From an uncultured Verrucomicrobiae bacterium (lineage in GTDB: Bacteria; Verrucomicrobiota; Verrucomicrobiia; Chthoniobacterales; Chthoniobacteraceae): a stretch of 64,000 bases of DNA. The stretch's first letter is position 1, and every line of letters starts with the position of its first letter. Made by a program: the position numbers and the translations under genes. This document shows, one piece after another, positions 42,052 through 50,465 of the stretch. Location: assembly GCA_963836755.1 (NCBI GenBank), contig CAWIKF010000001.1, positions 544,001 through 608,000 on the forward strand, in the 5' to 3' direction. The notes beneath the pieces are model-generated. The model worked only from the letters and a program-made list of their open reading frames with translations. It was not told where the DNA came from and made no database searches.

Positions 42052-43350
42052 TTATACGGACACGGGTTCTTGTTTGTTGCCCGTCAGGTGCCCCCGGCCG
42101 CAGCTCACGCCATTGTGCGCCTGCACGTCGCGACCTTCCTCGATCGGTGCGGGTTTCGGCCCGAAATTGAAGGCAATATTTTTCCACGTATCGCCCGGCT
42201 TCGCCTGCAGGCCGAGGCTCGCAGTCGGCTCGTAGCCGCAATGCACCATGCAATTTTCGCAGCGAACGTCCTTCGCGACGCCATCGACGACGCCGTAATT
42301 TTCCCACTGCACTTTCTCGAGCAATTCGGCGTAGCTGCCATAATGGCCAGGGCCGCCGAGCGTGTCGGTCATGAGATAGCACGGCGCTTTCCAGCCGCGG
42401 ATGTTCCGTGTCGGAATTGCCCACGCGGAGCAGCTGAGGTCGCGTTTGCCGGCGAGAAACTCGAGATAAATCGGCGTGCCGAAAAAAGTATATTTGCGGC
42501 CCCATTCCTCGATCTTGCTGAATTTTTCGATCGTCATTTTGCGCGTAAGGAAAAAGTTTTCCGGCGCGATGTTCAGCCGCTTGATCATGTCTTTTTTCGC
42601 CGCGTCGTATTCGTAGCCGGGCGAAATCGTGTGGCCGTCCACGCCGAGGTGCGACAGATATTTAAACATCTCCTCGAGCTCGCTCATCTCGGTTTCCTTG
42701 TAAACCGTCGTGTTCGTCGCGACTTGATAGCCGACGATTTTTGCCATGCGAATGGCGAGGATGCATTCCTTGAAAACGCCTTCGCGCTCGACGATGAGAT
42801 CGTGCGTCCGCTCGAGTCCGTCGAGGTGGACGTTCCAATACATCGAGGTCGAGGGAGCGATGACCGGCTTCGCGGGATCTTTCGGGCCCTTGCGAATTTC
42901 CTCCGCATCCTTCGCGGTGATCAATTCCTCGGACTGCAAAATCTGCAGCTTCGCCTCAATCTCTGCCGGAATTTTGGCAAAGGCAGACGCAAGATATTCG
43001 CGCATCTTTTTGCGCATGAACATCGCGTTCGTGCAGACGTAAACGATCCGTTTCTGCTCGAGCAGGCCGCCGATCAGCGCTTCGATTTGCGGATAAATCA
43101 GCGGCTCGCCGCCGCAGATAGAAATCATCGGCGCATTGCATTCCTCAGCCGCGCCGAGGCAATCCTCGAGCGGCATCATATCCTTGAGCGAGGTCGAATA
43201 TTCCCGGATGCGGCCGCAGCCCGTGCAGGTGAGGTTGCAGGTGTGCAAAGGTTCGAGCTGAAGCACGGTCGCAAACTTTTTCGTGCCACGAATTTTGTGG
43301 CCGACGATGTAAGCTGCGATCTTGGCGGTGAGGGCAAGTGGAAATCTCAT
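42052..43350 (-). CDS. hpnH: Adenosylhopane synthase, radical SAM
   Basis: LEPLHTCNLTCTGCGRI, ICGGEPL, ISPGY, PCYL, CENCMVHCGYE; directly upstream of shc. Confidence 0.9.
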   Translation of the reverse strand: MRFPLALTAKIAAYIVGHKIRGTKKFATVLQLEPLHTCNLTCTGCGRIREYSTSLKDMMPLEDCLGAAEECNAPMISICGGEPLIYPQIEALIGGLLEQKRIVYVCTNAMFMRKKMREYLASAFAKIPAEIEAKLQILQSEELITAKDAEEIRKGPKDPAKPVIAPSTSMYWNVHLDGLERTHDLIVEREGVFKECILAIRMAKIVGYQVATNTTVYKETEMSELEEMFKYLSHLGVDGHTISPGYEYDAAKKDMIKRLNIAPENFFLTRKMTIEKFSKIEEWGRKYTFFGTPIYLEFLAGKRDLSCSAWAIPTRNIRGWKAPCYLMTDTLGGPGHYGSYAELLEKVQWENYGVVDGVAKDVRCENCMVHCGYEPTASLGLQAKPGDTWKNIAFNFGPKPAPIEEGRDVQAHNGVSCGRGHLTGNKQEPVSV

Positions 43351-43512
43351 AGGCTAAAAACTGCGGGGATAGTAGCCAAGCGCGGCGCTCTGTCAATTGC
43401 GACGGAATCCTGATCCCGCATTTTCACCGAGGTGTGTGGAAAAATTTAGGTGACTTTGCCGAGGGCTTTGGACATCTTCGCGGCTGTTTTTGCAAAAAAA
43501 AGGACCCCTAAC

Positions 43513-44013
43513 ATGAAACATTTTTTCTTTAGCCTCAGCATGGCGCTGCTCTTGGCCGCGACCGCTCCCGCCTCCGATACCCAAAACGGACTACAGGTCG
43601 ATGTGACCAAAAAAACCGTCGGCCGCAACGACACGCGCAACGCTGACTATTACTACAACCAGCAGATCGACCGGACGATGGCGCTCCACGTCCTCGCGAA
43701 AAATGTTTCCTTCAAGGAAATGCCGGAGGGGACGATCGAGTATTCGCTGCTCGTGAAACTCCACGACTATCTCGGCAAAGGCGCCTACGAACTTTACACT
43801 GGCACCGAAAAACTACCGCCGTTGAAGGTGGCGGAAACCGCAGATGTGACGCTCGGTTCCGCCGAAGTCACCGGCTGGGGAAACATCGGCGAGCAGCACA
43901 AGGACAAGCTCGATTACAAAATCGTGATCAAGCAGAACGGCGCCGTCACCATGACGCTCACGAGCAATTCCTCGTTTGATTCGCTCGCGAAAAGAGCGAC
44001 GAAAAAAAAGTAG
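43513..44013 (+). CDS. Exported hypothetical protein
   Basis: Signal peptide MKHFFFSLSMALLLAATAPA. Confidence 0.65.
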   Translation: MKHFFFSLSMALLLAATAPASDTQNGLQVDVTKKTVGRNDTRNADYYYNQQIDRTMALHVLAKNVSFKEMPEGTIEYSLLVKLHDYLGKGAYELYTGTEKLPPLKVAETADVTLGSAEVTGWGNIGEQHKDKLDYKIVIKQNGAVTMTLTSNSSFDSLAKRATKKK

Positions 44014-44027
44014 CCGCCTCGTCGCGG

Positions 44028-44183
44028 TTACGCGTCCGGCTTGGTCTTGCGCAGGCCGATGACTTTGTCGCCATCCTTGAACTGACCGCGCTTTTTGAGC
44101 AGTTCCACGCGCTCAAAGCGTTTCAAGACGTTGCGTTTCGCGGCAATGGTGCTCGCGCCTTTGAGACTGCGATGTTGGGACAT
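44028..44183 (-). CDS. PVC-superphylum small basic signature protein (51 aa; absent from the ORF track)
   Basis: Translated by hand: MSQHRSLKGASTIAAKRNVLKRFERVELLKKRGQFKDGDKVIGLRKTKPDA. Confidence 0.9.
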   Translation of the reverse strand: MSQHRSLKGASTIAAKRNVLKRFERVELLKKRGQFKDGDKVIGLRKTKPDA

Positions 44184-44265
44184 GATGAGTTAAAAGTTGC
44201 TGCGGAGTTTTTTGGAAAAGGGTGCGCACTCTGCCGCAATCGCACGCACATCGCAACCGAAAAGT

Positions 44266-45030
44266 TCAATCGCGCGTGAGCCCGCGAATCACCGAACCAA
44301 TCACCGCGCCCGCGCCGACATCGCGCACCGTCTCACCGCCGCCGCCCGAGGGAAGATACGGCTGCAGCGAATGCGCGAGGTTCGACATCGTCAGCGTTTG
44401 CAGCCAGACGCGGCCGGGACCGGTGAGCGCCGCGAGGAAAATTCCATCGCCGCCGAAAAGCATGTTGCGGATGCCGGTAATGCGCGTGATCTCGAAGCGC
44501 ACGCTCGCGTCAAACATCCCGACGTGGCCCGGATGCACGCGCAAAGTTTCTCCCGCCGCGAGATCGTAGGAAACCGTTTCGCCGCCGAGCTCGATCCACG
44601 CCGTTCCGCTGCCCGCAAGCTTTTGTAAAACAAATCCGTCGCCGCCAAAAATCCCCGCGCCGAGCGATTGCTGGAAAGCCGCACTCAGCTCGATCGCCGG
44701 CGTCCCGCACAAAAATCCGTGCCGGTGCACCATGAAAGTTTCGCCCGCGCCGAGCTTCAGCGGCACGATGTGGCCCGGCAACTTTGCCGCGAAAGCCACC
44801 GTGCCCGTCGCGCCGCGCGCCGTGTATTCCGTCATGAAAAGCGAGCCGCCGCCGACCACGCGCTTGAGCGCGCCGAAAATTCCGCCGCCGCCGCCATGCT
44901 GCGTCGTCGTGTGCATCTCGATCGCGCTTGTCATCCAGGAAAGTTCCCCTGACACCGCGATCACGCTTTCACCCGGATCGAGCGTGACCTCGAGCACAGG
45001 CATCGTGGAGCCGATGATTTGATTTTGCAT
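44266..45030 (-). CDS. AIM24 / TIGR00266 family protein
   Basis: LDPGESV...GELSWM, GGGSLFMTEY, FGGDGFVLQKL, LTGPGRVWLQT. Confidence 0.88.
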   Translation of the reverse strand: MQNQIIGSTMPVLEVTLDPGESVIAVSGELSWMTSAIEMHTTTQHGGGGGIFGALKRVVGGGSLFMTEYTARGATGTVAFAAKLPGHIVPLKLGAGETFMVHRHGFLCGTPAIELSAAFQQSLGAGIFGGDGFVLQKLAGSGTAWIELGGETVSYDLAAGETLRVHPGHVGMFDASVRFEITRITGIRNMLFGGDGIFLAALTGPGRVWLQTLTMSNLAHSLQPYLPSGGGGETVRDVGAGAVIGSVIRGLTRD

Positions 45031-45316
45031 GCGCTTTGTTAAACCCGAAGCGTTTCTCCGAGTCAAAGCGAATGCCGCCTCAACGCCGTCCTGACGAAAG
45101 TCCAGCAGCAATCGGCTCGGAGTTGGCGCGAAGTGCATCTCGCCGCGGTGAGACGGCCTCAACTTTGACGCGCGCAACGCGTCGCGCCGAGCCGCGAACC
45201 GCTCCCGCGCACATCCGAGCCCTACTTTCACGCCACTGCCGCTTGCATCGGCATCATTTCACCGACGCAAGCGGTTCAGTGGCGCGCGACCCGCTCGGGC
45301 CTTTTGAGTTTAGCGG

Positions 45317-45754
45317 TTAGCTGCCGCAGCCGACTTTCAAGCCGGTTCCGGTTTCGAGAAATGACTTGAGGCTCGCGAGGACGAGCGGCCAGCCCTTCGA
45401 GACTTTGCCGGGCATTTCCGAACCAGCTTTAAAGTCGTCATGGGTCACGGTGAGGCAGACCATGTCTTCGAGCGGCTCGATTTCGTAGGTGACGCGCGAT
45501 ATGTCCTGGCGGTCGTCCGGGTCGGTCCAGGTCACCACCAGCCGCTTCGGGCGCATGCTTTCCACGACCTCGCCCATGACCCATGTCTCGTTGTCTTTGT
45601 TGACGTGCTGCCATTGCGATCCCTTCTGCCAATCGGAGGTGTTGGAATTGCCACCCCAATACTGGCGGGTGAATTCCGGCTGCGTGAGGGCGTCCCACGT
45701 CTTTTCAGGCGTGGAACGGATGTAGGTTTTGTAGACTAAGTGTGGCTTGTTCAT
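45317..45754 (-). CDS. SRPBCC/AHSA1 domain protein
   Basis: YIRSTPEKTWDALT, GWPLVLASLKSFLETG. Confidence 0.9.
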   Translation of the reverse strand: MNKPHLVYKTYIRSTPEKTWDALTQPEFTRQYWGGNSNTSDWQKGSQWQHVNKDNETWVMGEVVESMRPKRLVVTWTDPDDRQDISRVTYEIEPLEDMVCLTVTHDDFKAGSEMPGKVSKGWPLVLASLKSFLETGTGLKVGCGS

Positions 45755-45758
45755 GATG

Positions 45759-46082
45759 TTACTTTTTTGTGTTTTGGTTTTGTTCGAGACCCTTTTTCAG
45801 ATCGCTCAACGCCTGAAGGCGATGGCGTTCATACTTGGCAATCCAGCGTCCGTAGATCTCATGCAACGGCACGGGATTGAGGTAGTGCAGTTTTTCACGT
45901 CCGCGCCACACGGTGGCGACGAGGTTCGCCGCCTCCAGTAGCGTCAGATGCTTGGTCACTGCCTGCCGCGTCATGTCGAGGTGTTGGCAAAGTTCCCCCA
46001 GCGTCTGCCCGCTGCGCGCATGCAGCTCGTCGAGCAGCTTGCGGCGGCTGGCATCGGCGAGGGCTTTGAATACTTCGTCCAT
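45759..46082 (-). CDS. ArsR/SmtB-family transcriptional regulator
   Basis: VFKALADASRRKLLD, MTRQAVTKHL, GREKLHYLNPVP. Confidence 0.92.
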   Translation of the reverse strand: MDEVFKALADASRRKLLDELHARSGQTLGELCQHLDMTRQAVTKHLTLLEAANLVATVWRGREKLHYLNPVPLHEIYGRWIAKYERHRLQALSDLKKGLEQNQNTKK

Positions 46083-46097
46083 TACGAGCGCAATTAG

Positions 46098-46113
46098 GCA
46101 ACCAACTGGTTGC
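46098..46113. promoter_or_regulatory. Palindromic operator, likely bound by the adjacent ArsR regulator
   Basis: GCAACC-aact-GGTTGC, ~16 bp upstream of the ArsR start. Confidence 0.7.
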
Positions 46114-46173
46114 ATGTCAAGCAGACTTCGTTGCTTTTTCTTTAATGTGCCCGCGTTTCCAGCCGCCTCGGCT

Positions 46174-46713
46174 TTAAACCATGCCGAGCTGCATCCGGCC
46201 CGCCTCGCTGATCATCGCCTGATTCCATGGCGGGTCCCAGACCAGCTCGACCTCCGCTTCATCCACGCCCGGCAGCGCCTCGATTTTGTTTTTCGCTTCG
46301 CCCGCGAGCACCGGCCCCATGCCGCAGCCCGGCGCGGTCAGCGTCATTTTCACATTCACCAGCGCGCCCGCGCCATCGCGAGGCGTGATCGAGCAATCAT
46401 AAATCAGCCCGAGATCGACGATGTTCACCGGAATCTCCGGGTCGTAACAAGTCTTGAGCTGATCCCAAACCGTCTTCTCATCGACCGGGCCATCGGCCGT
46501 CGCTTTTTCCGCAAAAACGCGGTCGAGGCCGAGTGCGTCGGCGTTTTCCTCCGTGATCCGGACGAGGCCGAATTCCGTGGCGACGGTGTAGCTGCCGCCG
46601 AGCGATTGCGTGATGTAAACGGTCATGCCGGCGGGAAGTTTGATCGCGTTGCCGGCGGGGATTTGAATGGCGTCAACTTCGCGGACGAGTGTGCGTTCGG
46701 TATTTTCGTGCAT
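46174..46713 (-). CDS. sufT: Fe-S assembly protein SufT (DUF59)
   Basis: ITQSLGGSYTV, CYDPEIPVNIVDLGLIY, MTLTAPGCGMG, WDPPW. Confidence 0.9.
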   Translation of the reverse strand: MHENTERTLVREVDAIQIPAGNAIKLPAGMTVYITQSLGGSYTVATEFGLVRITEENADALGLDRVFAEKATADGPVDEKTVWDQLKTCYDPEIPVNIVDLGLIYDCSITPRDGAGALVNVKMTLTAPGCGMGPVLAGEAKNKIEALPGVDEAEVELVWDPPWNQAMISEAGRMQLGMV

Positions 46714-46740
46714 GGGATGAGTTTGTTGAAAAGCGCGCGG

Positions 46741-47220
46741 CTATTTATCGAGGACGACTTTGACTTTTTTGTCGGCGCTCGCGCCAAATTGCTCGAGCAA
46801 ACTCGGCGACTGCGCGGGTGAATTTTCCGTGAGCGGCGTCGGCGTCGCGGGAGCGAGCGCGGAGCGAAGCGCGCCTTCGACGAGTTGCGCGCAGTGAATT
46901 TTCATCGGCGGCAGCGCGCCGAGCGGCGCGGAAAGTTCCGAGCCCGACATCGCCAGCGCTTCCTCGACAGTTTTGCCCGCGATCAATTCCGTGGCCACGC
47001 TCGCGACGGCAATCGCCGTCTCGCAGCCGAATGTTTGAAAAGTCGCGCGGTCGATGACTTTGCGGCCGTCCTTTTCCTTGAACTTTACCCACATCCGCAG
47101 CATGTCGCCGCAATCCGGGCTGCCGACGGTGCCAATGGCGTCCGCACCTTGCATCTCGCCGAGATTTTTCGGATTTTGAATCGCGCTCTCGATGCGCTGC
47201 TGGAGATTTTCTTCGCTCAT
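46741..47220 (-). CDS. IscU/NifU-like Fe-S scaffold protein
   Basis: NPKNLG, GSPDCGDML, FQTFGC, LPPMKIHC. Confidence 0.88.
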   Translation of the reverse strand: MSEENLQQRIESAIQNPKNLGEMQGADAIGTVGSPDCGDMLRMWVKFKEKDGRKVIDRATFQTFGCETAIAVASVATELIAGKTVEEALAMSGSELSAPLGALPPMKIHCAQLVEGALRSALAPATPTPLTENSPAQSPSLLEQFGASADKKVKVVLDK

Positions 47221-47766
47221 TTATTCGAGATGATAGCGCGGCACATTTGCATCGATCTCGGCGCTCCATGCGTCGATGCCGCCGCGCAAACTTTTCGCAT
47301 TTTCAAATCCGTGGCCGATGAAATACGCGGCCGCATCCATGCTCCGCTTGCCGGTGTGATCGACGAAAATCGTGAGCGCCGCGCGGTCCCATTTCATTAA
47401 AATTTCCTGCATCAGCTCCTGCGTGAAAAGCATCGAGCCATCGATGCGAGCGGCGTCAAATTCCTCGCGCGTGCGGATGTCCACGAGCTTCGCCGCGCCG
47501 CCGCGCAATTGCTCGGCGAGCTCCGCGGGCGCGATCTGGATTTTCAAATCCTCCTCGTGGCTCGCCTGGATGTGCTCGATGACTTCGTCGACGGAGAGTT
47601 GCTCGTTGCGCGCGCAGACCTGCTCGAGCGTTTCCGTCGGCTGAAAGCCGCACGATGCGCAGCCGCCGATGTGGTATTTTTTGAAAAGCGCCCGCTGCGC
47701 GCCGGGATAGATTTCCAGCAGCTCGCGCATCGTGGTCGCCGGGGCGAGGCTCGTCGTGTTCAGCAT
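47221..47766 (-). CDS. DUF1858-like plus rhodanese-like domain protein
   Basis: YHIGGCASCG, LVDIRTREEF, LRGGIDAWSAEID. Confidence 0.8.
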   Translation of the reverse strand: MLNTTSLAPATTMRELLEIYPGAQRALFKKYHIGGCASCGFQPTETLEQVCARNEQLSVDEVIEHIQASHEEDLKIQIAPAELAEQLRGGAAKLVDIRTREEFDAARIDGSMLFTQELMQEILMKWDRAALTIFVDHTGKRSMDAAAYFIGHGFENAKSLRGGIDAWSAEIDANVPRYHLE

Positions 47767-47847
47767 CGCGGGCAAGATACCGGCGGGCAAAGGCAAGTAA
47801 AGTGCGCGCTTTACCGGCTCGCGCGCCGCGCTTATCGTCCGCGCTTT

Positions 47848-48477
47848 ATGCGCCGCCAAACGTTGTGGGAAGCTCGCTGGATTTTTGCCGTGGTCGTAAT
47901 TTTGACGGCGCTGCTCACGCTCGCTTCGCCATGGGCGGCAATGATCGGGCTGCTGCTGGTCGCGTATGTATTTTATTTTTTCCGCGACCCGGATCGCGTC
48001 GCTCCGGACGATCCGCGCGCGGTGGTCGCGGCGGCTGATGGCGTCGTCGCGGAGATCATCGAGATGGTCGAGCCCGAGGTGACGAAGACCGCGATGAAGC
48101 GCGTGGCGATTTTTCTTTCGGTCTTCGATGTCCACACGAACCGCGCGCCGATCGCCGGCTCGGTCACCTACCGCCATTATTATATAGGCAAATTTCTCGA
48201 CGCCCGACATCCCGACGCCACGCGTCTCAACGCCTACCAAACCTGGGCGTTTCAAAATGAGCGCGCGACGCTCGTCGTCCGGCAGATCACCGGCGCCATC
48301 GCGCGTCGCATCGTCGCCTGGTCAAAGGTTGGCGACAAAGTCGCGAAGGGCGAGCGATTCGGTATGATCCGGTTCGGCTCGCGCACCGAAATTTATATGC
48401 CACTCGATGCGACCATTTCGGTAAAAATCGGCGACCGAGTCCGCGGCGGCGAAACCGTGATCGCGCAACTGCCATGA
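47848..48477 (+). CDS. psd: Phosphatidylserine decarboxylase
   Basis: FFRDPDR, AADG, IFLSVFDVHTNRAP, GMIRFGSRT. Confidence 0.93.
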   Translation: MRRQTLWEARWIFAVVVILTALLTLASPWAAMIGLLLVAYVFYFFRDPDRVAPDDPRAVVAAADGVVAEIIEMVEPEVTKTAMKRVAIFLSVFDVHTNRAPIAGSVTYRHYYIGKFLDARHPDATRLNAYQTWAFQNERATLVVRQITGAIARRIVAWSKVGDKVAKGERFGMIRFGSRTEIYMPLDATISVKIGDRVRGGETVIAQLP

Positions 48478-49295
48478 AGGAAGACGGAAGCCCGAAGATT
48501 TATCTGCTGCCGAATTTGATGACGGCCGGAAATCTTTTTTGCGGCTTCGCAGCCACGCTTCGCATCGTCGAGGGCGCGCTCACACAACAGCGCGGCGCCG
48601 ATCCGAACGAGCTTTACCACACCGCGATCTGGTTTATCCTCGGCGCCTGCATTTTCGATCTGCTCGACGGCCGCGTCGCGCGCATGGGCGGCCACGAAAG
48701 CCCGTTTGGCCGCGAGTTTGATTCCATCGCCGACATCGTTTCCTTCGGCGTTGCGCCCGCGCTGCTCATCTACCGCATCGTCCTGCAGGAAAATTACCGC
48801 TTCGGCTGGCTTATCGCTTTTCTCTACCTCGTCTGCGGCGCGCTGCGGCTCGCGCGTTTCAATTGCATCGCCGCCGCAAACCTGCCGGGCGGCGACAAAG
48901 AGTTCAAAGGCTTCCCGATTCCCGCCGCCGCCGGCACCATCGCATCGTTAACGCTTTTTTTACTTTGGTGGCAATCCGGCGAGCATAAAGTTACCATCGG
49001 ATACGGCCGCTACATCCTGCCGCCGCTCATGATTTTCCTCGCGTTCATGATGTTCAGCCGCTTCCGCTACCCGAGCTTCAAGGCCGTCAATTGGCGCACG
49101 AAGCGCTCCATCCCGCGCTTCATCGTCATCACTTGCCTCGTCGTTTTCACCTTCATGAATTACGAGTGGATGCCGGCGGTCATCTTCATTTCCTACCTGA
49201 TTTACGGCTTCGTGCGCCCGTGGATTTCGCGCAAATGGCAGCGCGAAATCGAGGAGGAGGACGACGACGAAGACGAGGCGCCGGTGACGCCGTGA
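48474..49295 (+). CDS. pssA: CDP-diacylglycerol--serine O-phosphatidyltransferase
   Basis: LPNLMTAGNLFCG, DLLDGRVAR...FGREFDSIADIVSFGVAPA, LRLARFN. Confidence 0.93.
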   Translation: MKEDGSPKIYLLPNLMTAGNLFCGFAATLRIVEGALTQQRGADPNELYHTAIWFILGACIFDLLDGRVARMGGHESPFGREFDSIADIVSFGVAPALLIYRIVLQENYRFGWLIAFLYLVCGALRLARFNCIAAANLPGGDKEFKGFPIPAAAGTIASLTLFLLWWQSGEHKVTIGYGRYILPPLMIFLAFMMFSRFRYPSFKAVNWRTKRSIPRFIVITCLVVFTFMNYEWMPAVIFISYLIYGFVRPWISRKWQREIEEEDDDEDEAPVTP

Positions 49296-50416
49296 GCGAT
49301 TTTTTGCAGCAGGGTCTGATCACCACGCTGCAATCGCTCAACGAAAAAAACGCCGCGGCGCTCGAGGCTGATCTGGAAAAGTTTGCCGCGGACTCGCCGA
49401 TCGCGCTCATCCTTCCGTGTCATGCCAACGAGCTCGGCAGCCGCGCGCTGTCGCATCTCATCGACGAAATTTCCGGCGCGAGATTCCTCCGCGAAATCGT
49501 CGTGAGCATGAATGGCCTCGATGAGCAGACTTTTAAACAGGCGCAAACTTTTTTCGAACGTCTGCCGCAACCGCATCGCGTCCTCTGGAACGATGCGCCG
49601 GAAACTGCCGCCCGCCGCGAACCCGCATTGCCACAGGGCAAAGGCCGAAATGCTTGGGCCGCCATTGGCTTGCTTGCGCGTGAAAAAAACTGCCGAATCG
49701 CCGCGTTGCTCGATTGCGACGTCACTACTTTCCATCGCGAAATGCTTGTGCGCCTTTGCACCGCATGCGCGCATCCAGCGCTCAATTTTGCTTTCGCGAA
49801 AATGTATTACTCGCGCATCGCCAGCGCCCGCGGCCGCATTTACGGGCGCGTGAGCCGGCTCTTCCTCGCGCCGCTTTTGCGCGCGCTCGTCCGCGTCGTT
49901 GGCCATCAGCCGCTGCTCGATTTTTTGCTCAGCTTCCGCTACCCGCTCGCCGGCGAATGCGCGCTGCGCCTTGATCTCGCGGCGACGCTGCCATTCGACG
50001 CCGGCTGGGGGATGGAGATCGGATTGCTCTGCGAAATCTTTCGCCGCGTCGATCCGCGCGAGATTTGCCAGGTCGATGGCGGGCGCGATTACGATCACAA
50101 ACATCAGCCGCTCGGTTGCGACACACGCACCGGACTTTTTCAAATGAGTCGCGAAATTGCCGCCGCGCTTTTCGCGCAACTCGCGGAGGAAGGGCTGCCG
50201 ATGACGGAAAAGTTTCTCGACGAACTAACAGCGAGCCATCGCCGCGAAGCCGCCGCCGCGCTCGCTCGCACACGCAGCCTCGCGCTCATCAACGGACTCG
50301 ACTTTGACGAGGAGGACGAGAGCGCGCACATCGCCGCATTCACGGACGCATTGCGCGAAGCCGCGGCGCAATTCCTCGCAGGCGCGCCGCGCGCGACGCT
50401 GCCGCCGATGGAGTAA
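49292..50416 (+). CDS. Glucosyl-3-phosphoglycerate synthase-like glycosyltransferase
   Basis: MSDFLQQGLITTL, GKGRNAW, LDCD, GRVSRL, FRYPLAGE, YDHKHQ. Confidence 0.78.
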   Translation: MSDFLQQGLITTLQSLNEKNAAALEADLEKFAADSPIALILPCHANELGSRALSHLIDEISGARFLREIVVSMNGLDEQTFKQAQTFFERLPQPHRVLWNDAPETAARREPALPQGKGRNAWAAIGLLAREKNCRIAALLDCDVTTFHREMLVRLCTACAHPALNFAFAKMYYSRIASARGRIYGRVSRLFLAPLLRALVRVVGHQPLLDFLLSFRYPLAGECALRLDLAATLPFDAGWGMEIGLLCEIFRRVDPREICQVDGGRDYDHKHQPLGCDTRTGLFQMSREIAAALFAQLAEEGLPMTEKFLDELTASHRREAAAALARTRSLALINGLDFDEEDESAHIAAFTDALREAAAQFLAGAPRATLPPME

Positions 50417-50465
50417 AAGTCTGAGAATTTTGTCGCACACTAACGGCAGTGCGGCAAAGTTCGGC

